This document shows positions 10,289 through 19,394 of a DNA stretch of 64,000 bases, piece after piece. Source of the stretch: Candidatus Nanohaloarchaea archaeon (GTDB lineage: Archaea > Nanohalarchaeota > Nanosalinia > Nanosalinales > Nanosalinaceae). Below the pieces are notes generated by a model. It was not told the origin of the DNA and did no database searches. It worked only from the letters and a program-made list of their open reading frames with translations. How positions within the stretch are numbered: the first letter of the stretch is position 1; each line of letters begins with the position of its first letter. The stretch covers positions 32,001 to 96,000 of the forward strand of contig JBLGBN010000001.1 in assembly GCA_047617745.1 (NCBI GenBank), written 5' to 3'. The position numbers and the translations under genes are program-made.

Positions 10289-10966
10289 CTAGAGCCGGAC
10301 CGAGATCACATTCCTGTAGACCTTCTGACCATCTTCTTCAGTTATCAGCTCGTAGGAACGCTTCACGTCAGGATCGTGCTGTGCTTTCAGCATTGAAAGT
10401 ATTTCTCCTGCGATTTTCTCTGTCGACAGATAGAAATCAAACCCATGACTGTTTTTCTCGATATTGGAGAGGAAGCTTCCACGATCCTCATTTGTGACTT
10501 CTGCAGCTTTATCAGCCATCTTGTTCGATACTCTTTCCAGGTCCTCGTCACCTCTTAACTGCATTTTAACTTTGTAGAATCCTCCGTGGAACTGGGAACA
10601 GGTACCGCATTGGTGTTTCTTGATCCTCAGCTCTGTATCGTATTCGTCTTTTATCTCCCCCTTGAAGGCGTGGACTCTTACAAACATCTGATCATCCTCT
10701 TCCCAGTACTGGAGCTCCATTTCCACATCTTCCTCCGAGAAATCCTGGAAGCGGGCGCCTAACTGCTCTTCAAGAGTGTATTCTTCAATCCATTCTCCGC
10801 TTTTTCTCATCCTTCCGCAGGTTGAGCAGATATCGATCTCGACTACATCTGGTATATTGAGTAGCTGGTTCTTGTCCGGGTAGCAGTTAGCACAGAGTTT
10901 CTTCTCCTCGCCGTAAAGCTCATCTGTTTCTTCGCCACATCGTGGGCAGAATTTTGAAAGTTCCAT
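10289..10966 (-). CDS. nmd3: NMD3 family ribosome biogenesis protein (short form)
   Basis: FCPRCG, LCANCY, CSTCG, CGTCSQFHGGFYKVKMQLRG, GFDFYL, DGQKVYR. Confidence 0.9.
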   Translation of the reverse strand: MELSKFCPRCGEETDELYGEEKKLCANCYPDKNQLLNIPDVVEIDICSTCGRMRKSGEWIEEYTLEEQLGARFQDFSEEDVEMELQYWEEDDQMFVRVHAFKGEIKDEYDTELRIKKHQCGTCSQFHGGFYKVKMQLRGDEDLERVSNKMADKAAEVTNEDRGSFLSNIEKNSHGFDFYLSTEKIAGEILSMLKAQHDPDVKRSYELITEEDGQKVYRNVISVRL

Positions 10967-10989
10967 ACCTTTATTTCATGTGGAAAAAC

Positions 10990-11355
10990 TTATATTGTAA
11001 ACTCAAGTTTATCGCCTTCTTCAACATCCAGTTTTTCGAAACTCTCCAGTAAATAAGAGTACTTGCAGTCGGGAGAGTAGAGTTTCCAGGTTTTAGGGTT
11101 CCAGCTCCATGGCGCTGCTTTCTGGATATCTACAACCTTTTTCTCCGAATTCATGAAATACAGATGAAGAGGATCTGAGAGAAACATCATATCTATTTTC
11201 GCTCCAGTAGGTCGTGGAAAAGCAAAGAGCATTTTGCCAGATGTGCGAAAACTGAGACCTCTAGCTCTCGAAAGAAAACTGTCCGCCAGTTCCGCCTGAA
11301 CCAGCGTCTTCCCTGCCTTAATATCGATTTCTTCCACATCTAAACTTGGAAACAC
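10990..11355 (-). CDS. DUF192 family protein
   Basis: ELADSFLSRARGLSFR, MLF, IDMMF, YLLE, EGD. Confidence 0.85.
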   Translation of the reverse strand: MFPSLDVEEIDIKAGKTLVQAELADSFLSRARGLSFRTSGKMLFAFPRPTGAKIDMMFLSDPLHLYFMNSEKKVVDIQKAAPWSWNPKTWKLYSPDCKYSYLLESFEKLDVEEGDKLEFTI

Positions 11356-11406
11356 AGCTAAATAAATCCCGTTAACCGCAGAAATTAAAACAGAGCAGAC
11401 ACATTT

Positions 11407-12399
11407 ATGTTCATGGAAGTTGCCTGGTTCAACGCAGAGGAACGTGAAAGAGAATATATAGACGGCAGAGAAACCAGGCTGAAAATAGATTTCTTCAAAG
11501 AACCTCTTAAAGCGGAAAATGTGGATAAAGCAAACAATTACGACGCAGTTTCTATATTCCTATCCTCAGAAATTAATGAGGAGGTACTGAAAAAACTGGA
11601 TGTAAACCAGATTGCATGCCGTTCTACCGGGGTCGATCATGTAGACACCGAGAAAGCCGCTGAAGAGGGCATAATTGTCTCAAATGTTCCAGAATACGGA
11701 GGTACAACCGTGGCGGAACACACCTTCGGACTGATTCTTTCACTCACCAGAAAAATCTACAGATCTATAGAAAAAGTTGAGGAAGGAGAGTTCGATCATT
11801 CAGGGCTGAGAGGGAACGACCTGAAAGGCAAGAAGCTGGGTGTTATAGGTACGGGCACCATTGGAAAAAATGTTATCCGGATCGCTAACGGTTTCGATAT
11901 GCACGTTGTCGCCTACGATCCCAGCCCTGACCGAGAGGCCGAATACGAGATGGGTTACATGTATGTCGAGCTAGAGGATCTTCTAGAACAGGCGGATATA
12001 GTCACGCTTCACTGCCCGCTGGTCGAGCAGACAAGACACCTTCTTTCAAGAGACGAGTTTGAACTGATGGAGGAGACTGTCCTGATTAACACTGCCAGAG
12101 GTGAACTAATCGATACCGAAGCGCTCATACCGGCCCTGGAAAACGGTTCGGTCAAATCAGCGGGTCTGGATGTGCTCGAAGAGGAATGCTACATAGAAGA
12201 CGATATCGAGATGCTTGAAGATCTGGAAGAAGAGTGCGATCCCCAGATCATACTTGAAGATCATATTCTCATGAACCGAGACGATGTTATAGTAACCCCG
12301 CATAATGCGTTTAACTCTGAGGAAGCTCTGGACCGGATTATTGAAACTACAGTTGACAATCTTGAGAAGAAGTCGAACGTCGTTAACAAGCCCTGGTAG
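11407..12399 (+). CDS. D-2-hydroxyacid dehydrogenase (D-lactate dehydrogenase-like)
   Basis: RSTGVDHVD, NVPEY, VAEH, GTGTIG, LHCPL, INTARG, LDVLEEE, TPHNAF. Confidence 0.93.
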   Translation: MFMEVAWFNAEEREREYIDGRETRLKIDFFKEPLKAENVDKANNYDAVSIFLSSEINEEVLKKLDVNQIACRSTGVDHVDTEKAAEEGIIVSNVPEYGGTTVAEHTFGLILSLTRKIYRSIEKVEEGEFDHSGLRGNDLKGKKLGVIGTGTIGKNVIRIANGFDMHVVAYDPSPDREAEYEMGYMYVELEDLLEQADIVTLHCPLVEQTRHLLSRDEFELMEETVLINTARGELIDTEALIPALENGSVKSAGLDVLEEECYIEDDIEMLEDLEEECDPQIILEDHILMNRDDVIVTPHNAFNSEEALDRIIETTVDNLEKKSNVVNKPW

Positions 12400-12401
12400 A
12401 T

Positions 12402-12881
12402 TTACTCTTCATCCGGGTGCTTGAAAAACTCCGCTGCCTTCGCTAATCGTGGCGTTCTAGCCATCCCTCTGGTTAAAGATGTTATCCTGGCCGATCTGCT
12501 CAATTCAGTTCCGCCACTCAATGCGACAAGTCTTTCAGACCTGGTAAAGAGGTGTAGCACTTCCTGTCCCAGTTCCCCGGTTCTCAGGAAGGCGAGGAAC
12601 TCGAAAACCCGGACAACCATGAAGACCGGGAATATAGCTATGATCTCAAGCCAGTAATCCTTCAGAAAGCCTTCCCAGGTAGTTGCGCGTCTGAACTTGA
12701 ACGAAAGATCAAATACAAAGACCAGTATAGCCGCATAATCCGCTACTAAAATGTATTTATGGTAGTGATGAGCGAAATCCGGGAAGAAAAGTTCAAGCAC
12801 AACTACCGCCACTATGACGACAAGAGCCGGGCCCACCAGCCTGTCACTCCATCTCTCAACCCCTTCAAGAAAACGGTTCAT
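12402..12881 (-). CDS. Membrane protein resembling a stand-alone ion-channel voltage-sensor domain
   Basis: IFV.D-like S2 (ILVFVFDL), FLKDYWLEIIAIFP S3 motif, Arg-rich C-terminal helix; start MNRFLE because the ORF-track start overlaps the tRNA. Confidence 0.65.
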   Translation of the reverse strand: MNRFLEGVERWSDRLVGPALVVIVAVVVLELFFPDFAHHYHKYILVADYAAILVFVFDLSFKFRRATTWEGFLKDYWLEIIAIFPVFMVVRVFEFLAFLRTGELGQEVLHLFTRSERLVALSGGTELSRSARITSLTRGMARTPRLAKAAEFFKHPDEE

Positions 12882-12917
12882 ACCAAAACAGTTCCCATCT
12901 CTAGTTTTTATTATATA

Positions 12918-13015
12918 CGCCCTCTCAGGGATTTGAACCCTGGATCTGCACCTATCTGCTGAACCTGTTGACTGGTTCTCCGCAAGGTGCCGTCTTTCCA
13001 CTAGACCAAGAGGGC
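12918..13015 (-). tRNA. tRNA-Arg(GCG) with 26-nt intron at 37/38 (intron 12954..12979)
   Basis: Acceptor GCCCTCT/AGAGGGC, anticodon stem GCACC/GGTGC, T loop TTCAAAT; TTGC pairs with intron GCAG; spliced length 72 nt. Confidence 0.92.
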
Positions 13016-13095
13016 CTACTAATGAGTACTTTCAGAGTTTTAAATATCGGCAGTCTGTGCATACCTTTTATTTATTGGGCTTCCAGTTTAGTCTT

Positions 13096-13260
13096 ATGGA
13101 AGTAGAGAAATGCACTAGCTGTGGAAAGAATCTGGCAGCTGCAGAGAGTTTTGTAGAGTTTGAATGTCCTGAATGTGATGAAGATCTCGCAAGATGTGAG
13201 AGATGTAAAAAGCTTTCAAACGAATACAGCTGCCCTAACTGTGGCTTTTCAGGGCCTTAA
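13096..13260 (+). CDS. Small double Zn-ribbon protein (DUF1610/HVO_2753-like)
   Basis: CTSCG, FECPEC, RCERCKKLSNEYSCPNCGFSGP; typical position upstream of EF-1beta. Confidence 0.9.
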   Translation: MEVEKCTSCGKNLAAAESFVEFECPECDEDLARCERCKKLSNEYSCPNCGFSGP

Positions 13261-13275
13261 GGAGGTGAAAAATTA

Positions 13276-13326
13276 ATGCCAGAATTCCTAGAAAAGATCA
13301 AGAGAAAGCTTAAGAACCTGTTTTAG
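13276..13326 (+). CDS. 16-aa amphipathic micropeptide MPEFLEKIKRKLKNLF
   Basis: Perfect SD GGAGGTGA 7 nt upstream, directly after the Zn-ribbon stop; followed by a T-rich tract. Confidence 0.6.
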   Translation: MPEFLEKIKRKLKNLF

Positions 13327-13449
13327 ACATAAACTTTTTCTAACACAATTTTTCTCTCTTATTTTTCTCCATCAAAAATTTCTATCAGTTAGACCGCTTC
13401 TGCTTTTAAATATTGGTCTACCGTAGTTTGGATAAGAGGTTAGAACAAA

Positions 13450-13704
13450 ATGGGAAAGATTTCATGTGTATACAAGATCATGCCGGAAGACGACGAAACC
13501 GATCTAGAAGAGGTCAAGGAACAGCTTAGAGAGAAGATTGATGTAGAGGATATCGGTGAAGAGGAAGTTGCTTTCGGTCTTAAAGCAGTCAAAGTCTCAA
13601 CTATCACAACCGACGAAGAAGGAGGTACTGACGCTGTTGAAGAGAAGCTTGAAGGTCTTGAAGGCGTTCAGAGCATCGAGCTGGAGCACTTCGACAAGCT
13701 TTAA
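13450..13704 (+). CDS. ef1b: Translation elongation factor EF-1 beta
   Basis: KIMPED, EEVAFGLKA, DEEGGTDAVEE, GVQSIE. Confidence 0.95.
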   Translation: MGKISCVYKIMPEDDETDLEEVKEQLREKIDVEDIGEEEVAFGLKAVKVSTITTDEEGGTDAVEEKLEGLEGVQSIELEHFDKL

Positions 13705-13943
13705 ACCTTAATTTTTCTTATTTTTCCAACTATCCATTCCGTTATTCTGTACTCATCGCTGTCAACTATAAGCTCCGAAAACGCGGCGAACGGGATTGTT
13801 ACAAGTACAACCAGTCCAAGCATACGTAGCGTGAAGCTTTCGCCGGTTACAAGCATAACAGCTATCATGTCCTCTGTTACCCCGAGAATTATACCGAAAA
13901 TAAGGAACTCTGTAAATCTCTCCAGTTTGTCTCTTCGCCGCAT
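13701..13943 (-). CDS. Small membrane protein
   Basis: Two TM segments, GVTED and FSELIVD motifs. Confidence 0.7.
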   Translation of the reverse strand: MRRRDKLERFTEFLIFGIILGVTEDMIAVMLVTGESFTLRMLGLVVLVTIPFAAFSELIVDSDEYRITEWIVGKIRKIKV

Positions 13944-13978
13944 ACGGAATAGTTTTCAAACGGGGAGTTAAAAATCAG

Positions 13979-14116
13979 TTACTCGAACTTCATGACTCCG
14001 CCGCCACAGACTGCACATCCATGGTCCTTCTTGTGCTCGGCGCATACCTGGCTACCGCAGACTTCACAGGTCTCAGCCGCCCTCTTCTCACCGCAGTAAT
14101 CACAAGCCGTCTCCAT
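13979..14116 (-). CDS. 45-aa Cys/His zinc-finger microprotein
   Basis: Manual translation METACDYCGEKRAAETCEVCGSQVCAEHKKDHGCAVCGGGVMKFE; below the ORF-track cutoff. Confidence 0.85.
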   Translation of the reverse strand: METACDYCGEKRAAETCEVCGSQVCAEHKKDHGCAVCGGGVMKFE

Positions 14117-14153
14117 ACCTTTGTTTAAAGCTCACGAGGTAAAATGTTTACTC

Positions 14154-15185
14154 ATGGGAGTTGATCTGGGCGATCTTGTTGAGAGCGAGGAAATCGATTT
14201 TGCAGATCTCAACGACAAAGAGATAGCTATAGACGCGATGAACACCCTTTACCAGTTCCTCTCAATCATAAGACAGAGAGACGGCACACCGCTGAAAGAT
14301 TCCTCAGGCAATATTACATCCCACCTTTCAGGGCTTTTCTACCGGAATATTAATTTGCTTGAGGAGAACATCAGGCCTGTATTTGTTTTTGACGGCGAAA
14401 TGCCAGATCTTAAAGAGAAGGAAAGCTCGAAGAGGAGGAAAAAACGGGAGGAAGCCAGAGAAGAATGGAAAAAACTGAAGGAAGAGGGGAAAGTCGAAGA
14501 GGCATACACCAAAGCAACACAGAGCTCCAAACTAACAGGTGATATGATTGAAGAATCGAAGAAACTACTTGAAGCAATGGGTATACCGTATATCCAGGCG
14601 CCTAGTGAGGGCGAGGCTCAGGCAGCCTTCATGACAACCGAGAAATCTCCTGGAGATATCTACGCAGTTGGCTCCCAAGACTGGGACTGTTTATTATTCG
14701 GAGCTGAAAAGATGGTCAAAAACCTGACCACACGGAAGACCCGGAAAACATCGGGTGGCGGTAGGAAAGAAATCTCAACAGAAAAGATAGAGCTGGAGGA
14801 TGCCCTCGACCAGCTAGACGTCACCCGAGAAGAACTGGTCTGGATGGGTCTGCTGATGGGTACAGACTTCAACCCTGACGGTATAAAAGGTATAGGACCT
14901 AAGACCGCTCTCAAGCTCGTTAGAGAACACGATACCCTTGAGGAAATTCTTGAAGACGAAAAAGTTGACTGGGAGTCGGAGAAAGATCCTTACCGTATAG
15001 TTGATTTCTTCATGAATCCTCCTGTAGTTGAGAAAGATTACAGCTTCGAGAGCCCGGACGAGGAAAGGATAAAGGAGATACTTGTAGACGAGCACGATTT
15101 CTCCGAGGATCGTGTTGAATCAGGGCTGGAAAAGCTGGAGAAAGCGCTGGAATCCAGGCAATCCGGGCTGGGAAGCTACATGTAG
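14154..15185 (+). CDS. fen: Flap endonuclease 1
   Basis: MGVDL, IDAMNTLYQFLSIIRQ, TSHLSG, EGEAQAA, SQDWD, GTDFN, GIGPKTA, PIP box QSGLGSY. Confidence 0.98.
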   Translation: MGVDLGDLVESEEIDFADLNDKEIAIDAMNTLYQFLSIIRQRDGTPLKDSSGNITSHLSGLFYRNINLLEENIRPVFVFDGEMPDLKEKESSKRRKKREEAREEWKKLKEEGKVEEAYTKATQSSKLTGDMIEESKKLLEAMGIPYIQAPSEGEAQAAFMTTEKSPGDIYAVGSQDWDCLLFGAEKMVKNLTTRKTRKTSGGGRKEISTEKIELEDALDQLDVTREELVWMGLLMGTDFNPDGIKGIGPKTALKLVREHDTLEEILEDEKVDWESEKDPYRIVDFFMNPPVVEKDYSFESPDEERIKEILVDEHDFSEDRVESGLEKLEKALESRQSGLGSYM

Positions 15186-15287
15186 TCGTTTCCTGAAAAC
15201 TACAGATCCTGCTAAACCTGCGATCAAGTAGTAACGCCCAGTAAAAATCTGGATCCTTAAAAACACGTGCTGGCCGTTTTAATTTTT

Positions 15288-16721
15288 TTACCGGGTTTCT
15301 CTCAACTCTTTTAGAACCAGCTCCATCATCTCACCCAGTTCTTTGTATCCTTCACGGATCTCATCTATCTGATCTTCCTGTTTCTCAACCCTCTTGACAA
15401 GCGGTTTCAGCTGACCCTCATAAGACCGGTTTTCTATTTCAGCTACTTTCTGTTTAAGCTGTTCTATCTCGTCTTCCAGTTCTTCTCCTGTCTGAACATT
15501 TTCAGCGACCATCTCCATGTTAGAGCTCAGTTCTTCTATGGCTTCAACTCGTTCATCCATATCTTCAGGTCTAGAATCATCTCTAGGCTTGGCTTTCTCC
15601 TTCAACTCTTTGTATTCATCCTGCGATAGAAGTTTCAGGTCAGCCAGATCTTCAAAATCGTTAAATATCCATTTGAAGTCGGATACCATACCTTTTAACT
15701 GGTCGACTTCGTCGGAGAGTTTGGAGACATCTTTTTCCTCCTCTTTCTTCTCCAGCTCCTCTAATCCATTCTCGATATTCTGTATATTGACTTCCAGCCT
15801 GTCAATGTCATCGGGGTCGAAGTTTTCAAGTTTATCTTCAAACTCTGACTGGCGGTCTAGGACACCTTTTACATCGTCGCTGAGGCCTGATACCTCTTCG
15901 TTTAGTTCTTCCAGATCTTCTTCAAGTTCCTCTCCGACGCCCTCTACCTCGATATCTTCGAGACTTTCAATCTGTTTCTGGAGTTCCTCCATCCTCTCTT
16001 CGTGTTTGTTTCTGATCTCCTCGATCAGATCGGACTTTTCCGCCAGTCGATCCTTCAGTTCTTCTATCTCTTCTGATCTATCAACATTTTCTATCTCCTG
16101 CTTCAGAGAATCTACATCAACATCTTCCATTTCCTCGAGCTCTTCATGTAGGCTATCCAGCTCGTCTTTTAGGTCATCAATATCTTCTTTCAGATCATTT
16201 ACCTGTTCTTCAGTTACTTCCGGTTCCTTCTCAGAACCTTCAATTTCCTCTATCCTCTGCTTCAGATCTTCAATTTCTTCTTCAAACTCTTCTACTTCAG
16301 ATGCTTCTTCTATTCCCTGAATTTTTTCCTCAAGTGCATCTATCTCGGCTTCAAACTCTGTTTCAGTTATACCAGAATGTTCTCCGTCTTCCGTTGCAGA
16401 GGTTTCTTCCTCATCCTCTTCATCTGCTTCATCTATTTCGTCTTCTTCCGCGGTGTATTCAGGCGCCTCAGGTTCCGAATCCTCTTCAGTTAAATCTTCG
16501 TCTTCATCTGTCCCATCTGTATCTTCTATGATCTCTTCTGATCCTTCATCTTCTCCAGCGTCCGTGTCTTCTTCGCCGGAATCATCCTCTCCGAAAAGCA
16601 CGTCCTGTTTCTCTTCTTTCTCCTCTGGTTCAGAGGTCTCCTCCGTTTCCTCTTCTTCTGATTCAAAAAGTGTTTCCTGGTCTGAGTCGTCGTCTTCTCC
16701 GAATATTACGTCTTCTGGCAT
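15288..16721 (-). CDS. Extremely acidic long coiled-coil protein
   Basis: Disordered D/E-rich N-terminus then heptad repeats; start placed at MPEDV after GAGGAG. Confidence 0.8.
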   Translation of the reverse strand: MPEDVIFGEDDDSDQETLFESEEEETEETSEPEEKEEKQDVLFGEDDSGEEDTDAGEDEGSEEIIEDTDGTDEDEDLTEEDSEPEAPEYTAEEDEIDEADEEDEEETSATEDGEHSGITETEFEAEIDALEEKIQGIEEASEVEEFEEEIEDLKQRIEEIEGSEKEPEVTEEQVNDLKEDIDDLKDELDSLHEELEEMEDVDVDSLKQEIENVDRSEEIEELKDRLAEKSDLIEEIRNKHEERMEELQKQIESLEDIEVEGVGEELEEDLEELNEEVSGLSDDVKGVLDRQSEFEDKLENFDPDDIDRLEVNIQNIENGLEELEKKEEEKDVSKLSDEVDQLKGMVSDFKWIFNDFEDLADLKLLSQDEYKELKEKAKPRDDSRPEDMDERVEAIEELSSNMEMVAENVQTGEELEDEIEQLKQKVAEIENRSYEGQLKPLVKRVEKQEDQIDEIREGYKELGEMMELVLKELRETR

Positions 16722-16823
16722 TTGTATCTCCTCTTTTTTTAACTGAATTTGCATGGACAGTTTAACTCCAAAAAGAAACCGTCCGCTTCTTTAATACCTA
16801 GAAGTGGTCAAAATGTTAAAACT

Positions 16824-17888
16824 CTAGTGGTTGATCTTCTGTATCTCTTCCTTTACAAGTTCTGAAAGCTCAAGTACTATCGAATACAGATCCTGTATCT
16901 CCTCCTCGTTTGCATGAATGCGGGACTCTACATCCATCAGCTCCTCATCCATCTCTTCCCGAAGCTCTTCTACTTCCCCATTTCCGTCTTCTACATCGGA
17001 TCTAAGCTCATCCATCTTAAGTTCCAGAGCCTGCCAGAGCAGTCTGATCTTTCTATCGTTCTTGTTTTCATTTACCTCAATGTCTTCGAGCTCTTCATCA
17101 AACGCCTCCCAGAGATAGTCAACTTTTTTCTCAAGCTGTTCTATCTGGGGCGGCCCTTTATCTTCAACCGCCTCTTCAAGTTCTTCGAGCCGGTCGCTGA
17201 ACTTTTCTACTGTCTGTAGAGAATCAAGCTTCCTTTCAAGTCTGTCTATTCTCTCCACGAGATCGTCCGTGGAGCGGAGCTCCATCTTCTCAACCCTCTG
17301 CTCCAGTTCGTTTATCTTGGCAAGCTCACGGGATTCATCAGCTACAATCTTTTCCTCGAAACTCTGCACCTCCGATTTGAGATCTTGGGGGCTGTTCTCA
17401 GGTCCCGGGAGAGTCGGTTCATGTACGGGAGGGTTTTCAGCCGAAGAAGTCTCTGAAACCTCGCTCTCCCCCGCTTTGTCTTCTTGAGTTTCCTCCTGTT
17501 CAATTTCGTTCAGAGCATCTTCAAGCTTCTCTGCTGCATCGGAAATCTGACCGATCTCGGTCAAAGTCTCATCAAGGCCCTCTTCTGCATCTGGGGATAC
17601 TGGTTCAGGATCGCTCTCCGTTTCCGCTTCTGTTTCGGATTCATTATCTGTTTCCTCTGGCTTCACGTTGCTTTCGTCAAGCAGTTCCTCGTATTTCTTC
17701 TTCGAGAACTCTTCTTCAAGAGCTTCCTCCAGATCATCAACATCTGTTAGACTTTCCTCTATCTTGTTGATCTGTTCGCTCTGCAGTGTGCCGGCGATTT
17801 CCTCCTTGACATCGTCAATTATTTCAGAATTCTGAATTTCCTCTTCACTATCCTCTCCGGCGATTTTCTCCTTTATTGAGGAAAACAT
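16824..17888 (-). CDS. Acidic coiled-coil protein with amphipathic N-terminus
   Basis: MFSSIKEKIAG start; heptads in C-terminal half. Confidence 0.8.
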   Translation of the reverse strand: MFSSIKEKIAGEDSEEEIQNSEIIDDVKEEIAGTLQSEQINKIEESLTDVDDLEEALEEEFSKKKYEELLDESNVKPEETDNESETEAETESDPEPVSPDAEEGLDETLTEIGQISDAAEKLEDALNEIEQEETQEDKAGESEVSETSSAENPPVHEPTLPGPENSPQDLKSEVQSFEEKIVADESRELAKINELEQRVEKMELRSTDDLVERIDRLERKLDSLQTVEKFSDRLEELEEAVEDKGPPQIEQLEKKVDYLWEAFDEELEDIEVNENKNDRKIRLLWQALELKMDELRSDVEDGNGEVEELREEMDEELMDVESRIHANEEEIQDLYSIVLELSELVKEEIQKINH

Positions 17889-17941
17889 AGGGCTAAATTG
17901 TGAATCCTCAGTTATTAAACATCGGGAAACAATTACGGTTT

Positions 17942-19393
17942 ATGAAACCGGTTCTGCTGGTGGTGATGGACGGTGTCGGGCTCAGAGATGAAAAAGAAGG
18001 GAACGCTTTCCTACAGGCAGATACCCCTAACCTGGACAGACTGATGGAGGAAAAAGGTTACCAGAAACTTGAAGCCTCTGAAGAAGCAGTCGGGTTGCCG
18101 GAAGGTTATACCGGGAATAGCGAGGTCGGCCACCTGCATCTAGGCGCCGGTAGAAGGATACCTCAGAGGCTGAAACGGATTAACGAAGCTATAGAGGAAA
18201 ACCGTCTCAGGGGCAAAGAAGCCTTGAGAGACTCGCTTGAACGAGCCGAAGAAAATACTACTGCAGTCCACCTCGCAGGAATAATCAGTGACGGCGGAAT
18301 TCACGGTCACATAGATCACCTGAAAGCTTTGCTGGAAATTACAGAGGATTATGATATAGATCAGGTCTGGATACACTGCTTTACAGACGGAAGGGATGTT
18401 GATCCAAAGAGCGCTAAAAAATACCTGCAGCAGATAGAAGATTTCAAACCAGAGAACGCAGATATTGCAACGGTGATGGGCAGGTATTACTCCATGGACC
18501 GGGATGAGAACTGGGGTAGGACCCACAAGGCATACCAGGCGATGGCAGAGACGGAAGGATTCCAGTTTTCCCATCCAGAAGAAGCTGTGGAAAAGTGCTA
18601 CAACGGTGGAGACTACGACTATTTCATCCAACCTTCTGTTTCAGAGAATTATCGTGGAATGAAGGACGAAGACGAGCTGATATTCTACAACTTCCGTGCG
18701 GACAGGGAGAGACAGATAGAAGAGGAGATGGTAGCAGAAGCTGATCCTGACAAATTCGAGGAACCAGTAAATCCTAATTTCGTGTCTATGTTTCCCTACG
18801 AGCAACAGTTAGATGTACCCTCAATATTTGACAAGAAAATAGTTGAAAACACGCTGGGAGAGAAAATCGAGGAAGCAGGATACTCTCAGTTAAGAGTGGC
18901 AGAATCCCAGAAAAAGCCGCACGTAACTTACTTCTTCAACGGTCAGAGAGAGCTGGAGTTTGAACACGAGGAAAGAAAATTCATCGAGAGCGACAAAATC
19001 AAGGCTTACGACCAGAAACCGGAGATGCACGCAGACGAGATAACCAATATAGTGCTGGAAGCGATGGAGAAAGGAGAACACGAATTTATCCTACTTAATT
19101 ATGCTAACTGCGATCTTGTAGGACACACTGGGGAGATTGAGGCAGTGAAGACAGCTGTGGAGACTGTTGACAGAAACATAGGCAGACTGATCGAGAAACT
19201 GGAAGAAACCGGGTATATCGGGTTGATAACTGCAGATCACGGAAACTGTGAAGACTTAGGGACAGAAGAGAGTCCAAAGACTTCTCACACATTGAACCCT
19301 GTGCCGTTAATCGGGGTTGGAACAGAGCCAGAGATTGAAGAAGGAGAACTATGGAACATAGAGGAAATTGCTGAACAAGAACTTGATGTATAG
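17942..19393 (+). CDS. gpmI: 2,3-bisphosphoglycerate-independent phosphoglycerate mutase (bacterial-type GpmI)
   Basis: MDGVG, GNSEVGH, SDGGIHGH, DGRD, GRYYSMDRD, NFRADR, HVTYFFNG, DLVGHTG, TADHGN. Confidence 0.96.
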   Translation: MKPVLLVVMDGVGLRDEKEGNAFLQADTPNLDRLMEEKGYQKLEASEEAVGLPEGYTGNSEVGHLHLGAGRRIPQRLKRINEAIEENRLRGKEALRDSLERAEENTTAVHLAGIISDGGIHGHIDHLKALLEITEDYDIDQVWIHCFTDGRDVDPKSAKKYLQQIEDFKPENADIATVMGRYYSMDRDENWGRTHKAYQAMAETEGFQFSHPEEAVEKCYNGGDYDYFIQPSVSENYRGMKDEDELIFYNFRADRERQIEEEMVAEADPDKFEEPVNPNFVSMFPYEQQLDVPSIFDKKIVENTLGEKIEEAGYSQLRVAESQKKPHVTYFFNGQRELEFEHEERKFIESDKIKAYDQKPEMHADEITNIVLEAMEKGEHEFILLNYANCDLVGHTGEIEAVKTAVETVDRNIGRLIEKLEETGYIGLITADHGNCEDLGTEESPKTSHTLNPVPLIGVGTEPEIEEGELWNIEEIAEQELDV

Positions 19394-19394
19394 T

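Noticed and set aside
12882..13001. N-terminal 40 aa of the 199-aa ORF
   Set aside because: Overlaps tRNA-Arg; real start is ATG at 12881
15517..16746. Long Ser-rich plus-strand ORFs (also 28843, 30824, 44594, 48567, 54907 and others)
   Set aside because: Antisense shadows of Glu/Asp-rich or Ala-rich genes; no independent motifs
15288..17888. SMC/Rad50 assignment
   Set aside because: No Walker A/B, signature or hinge/hook motifs
17942..19393. Bacterial-type GpmI as a novel horizontal transfer
   Set aside because: This type is already known in halophilic and some other archaea
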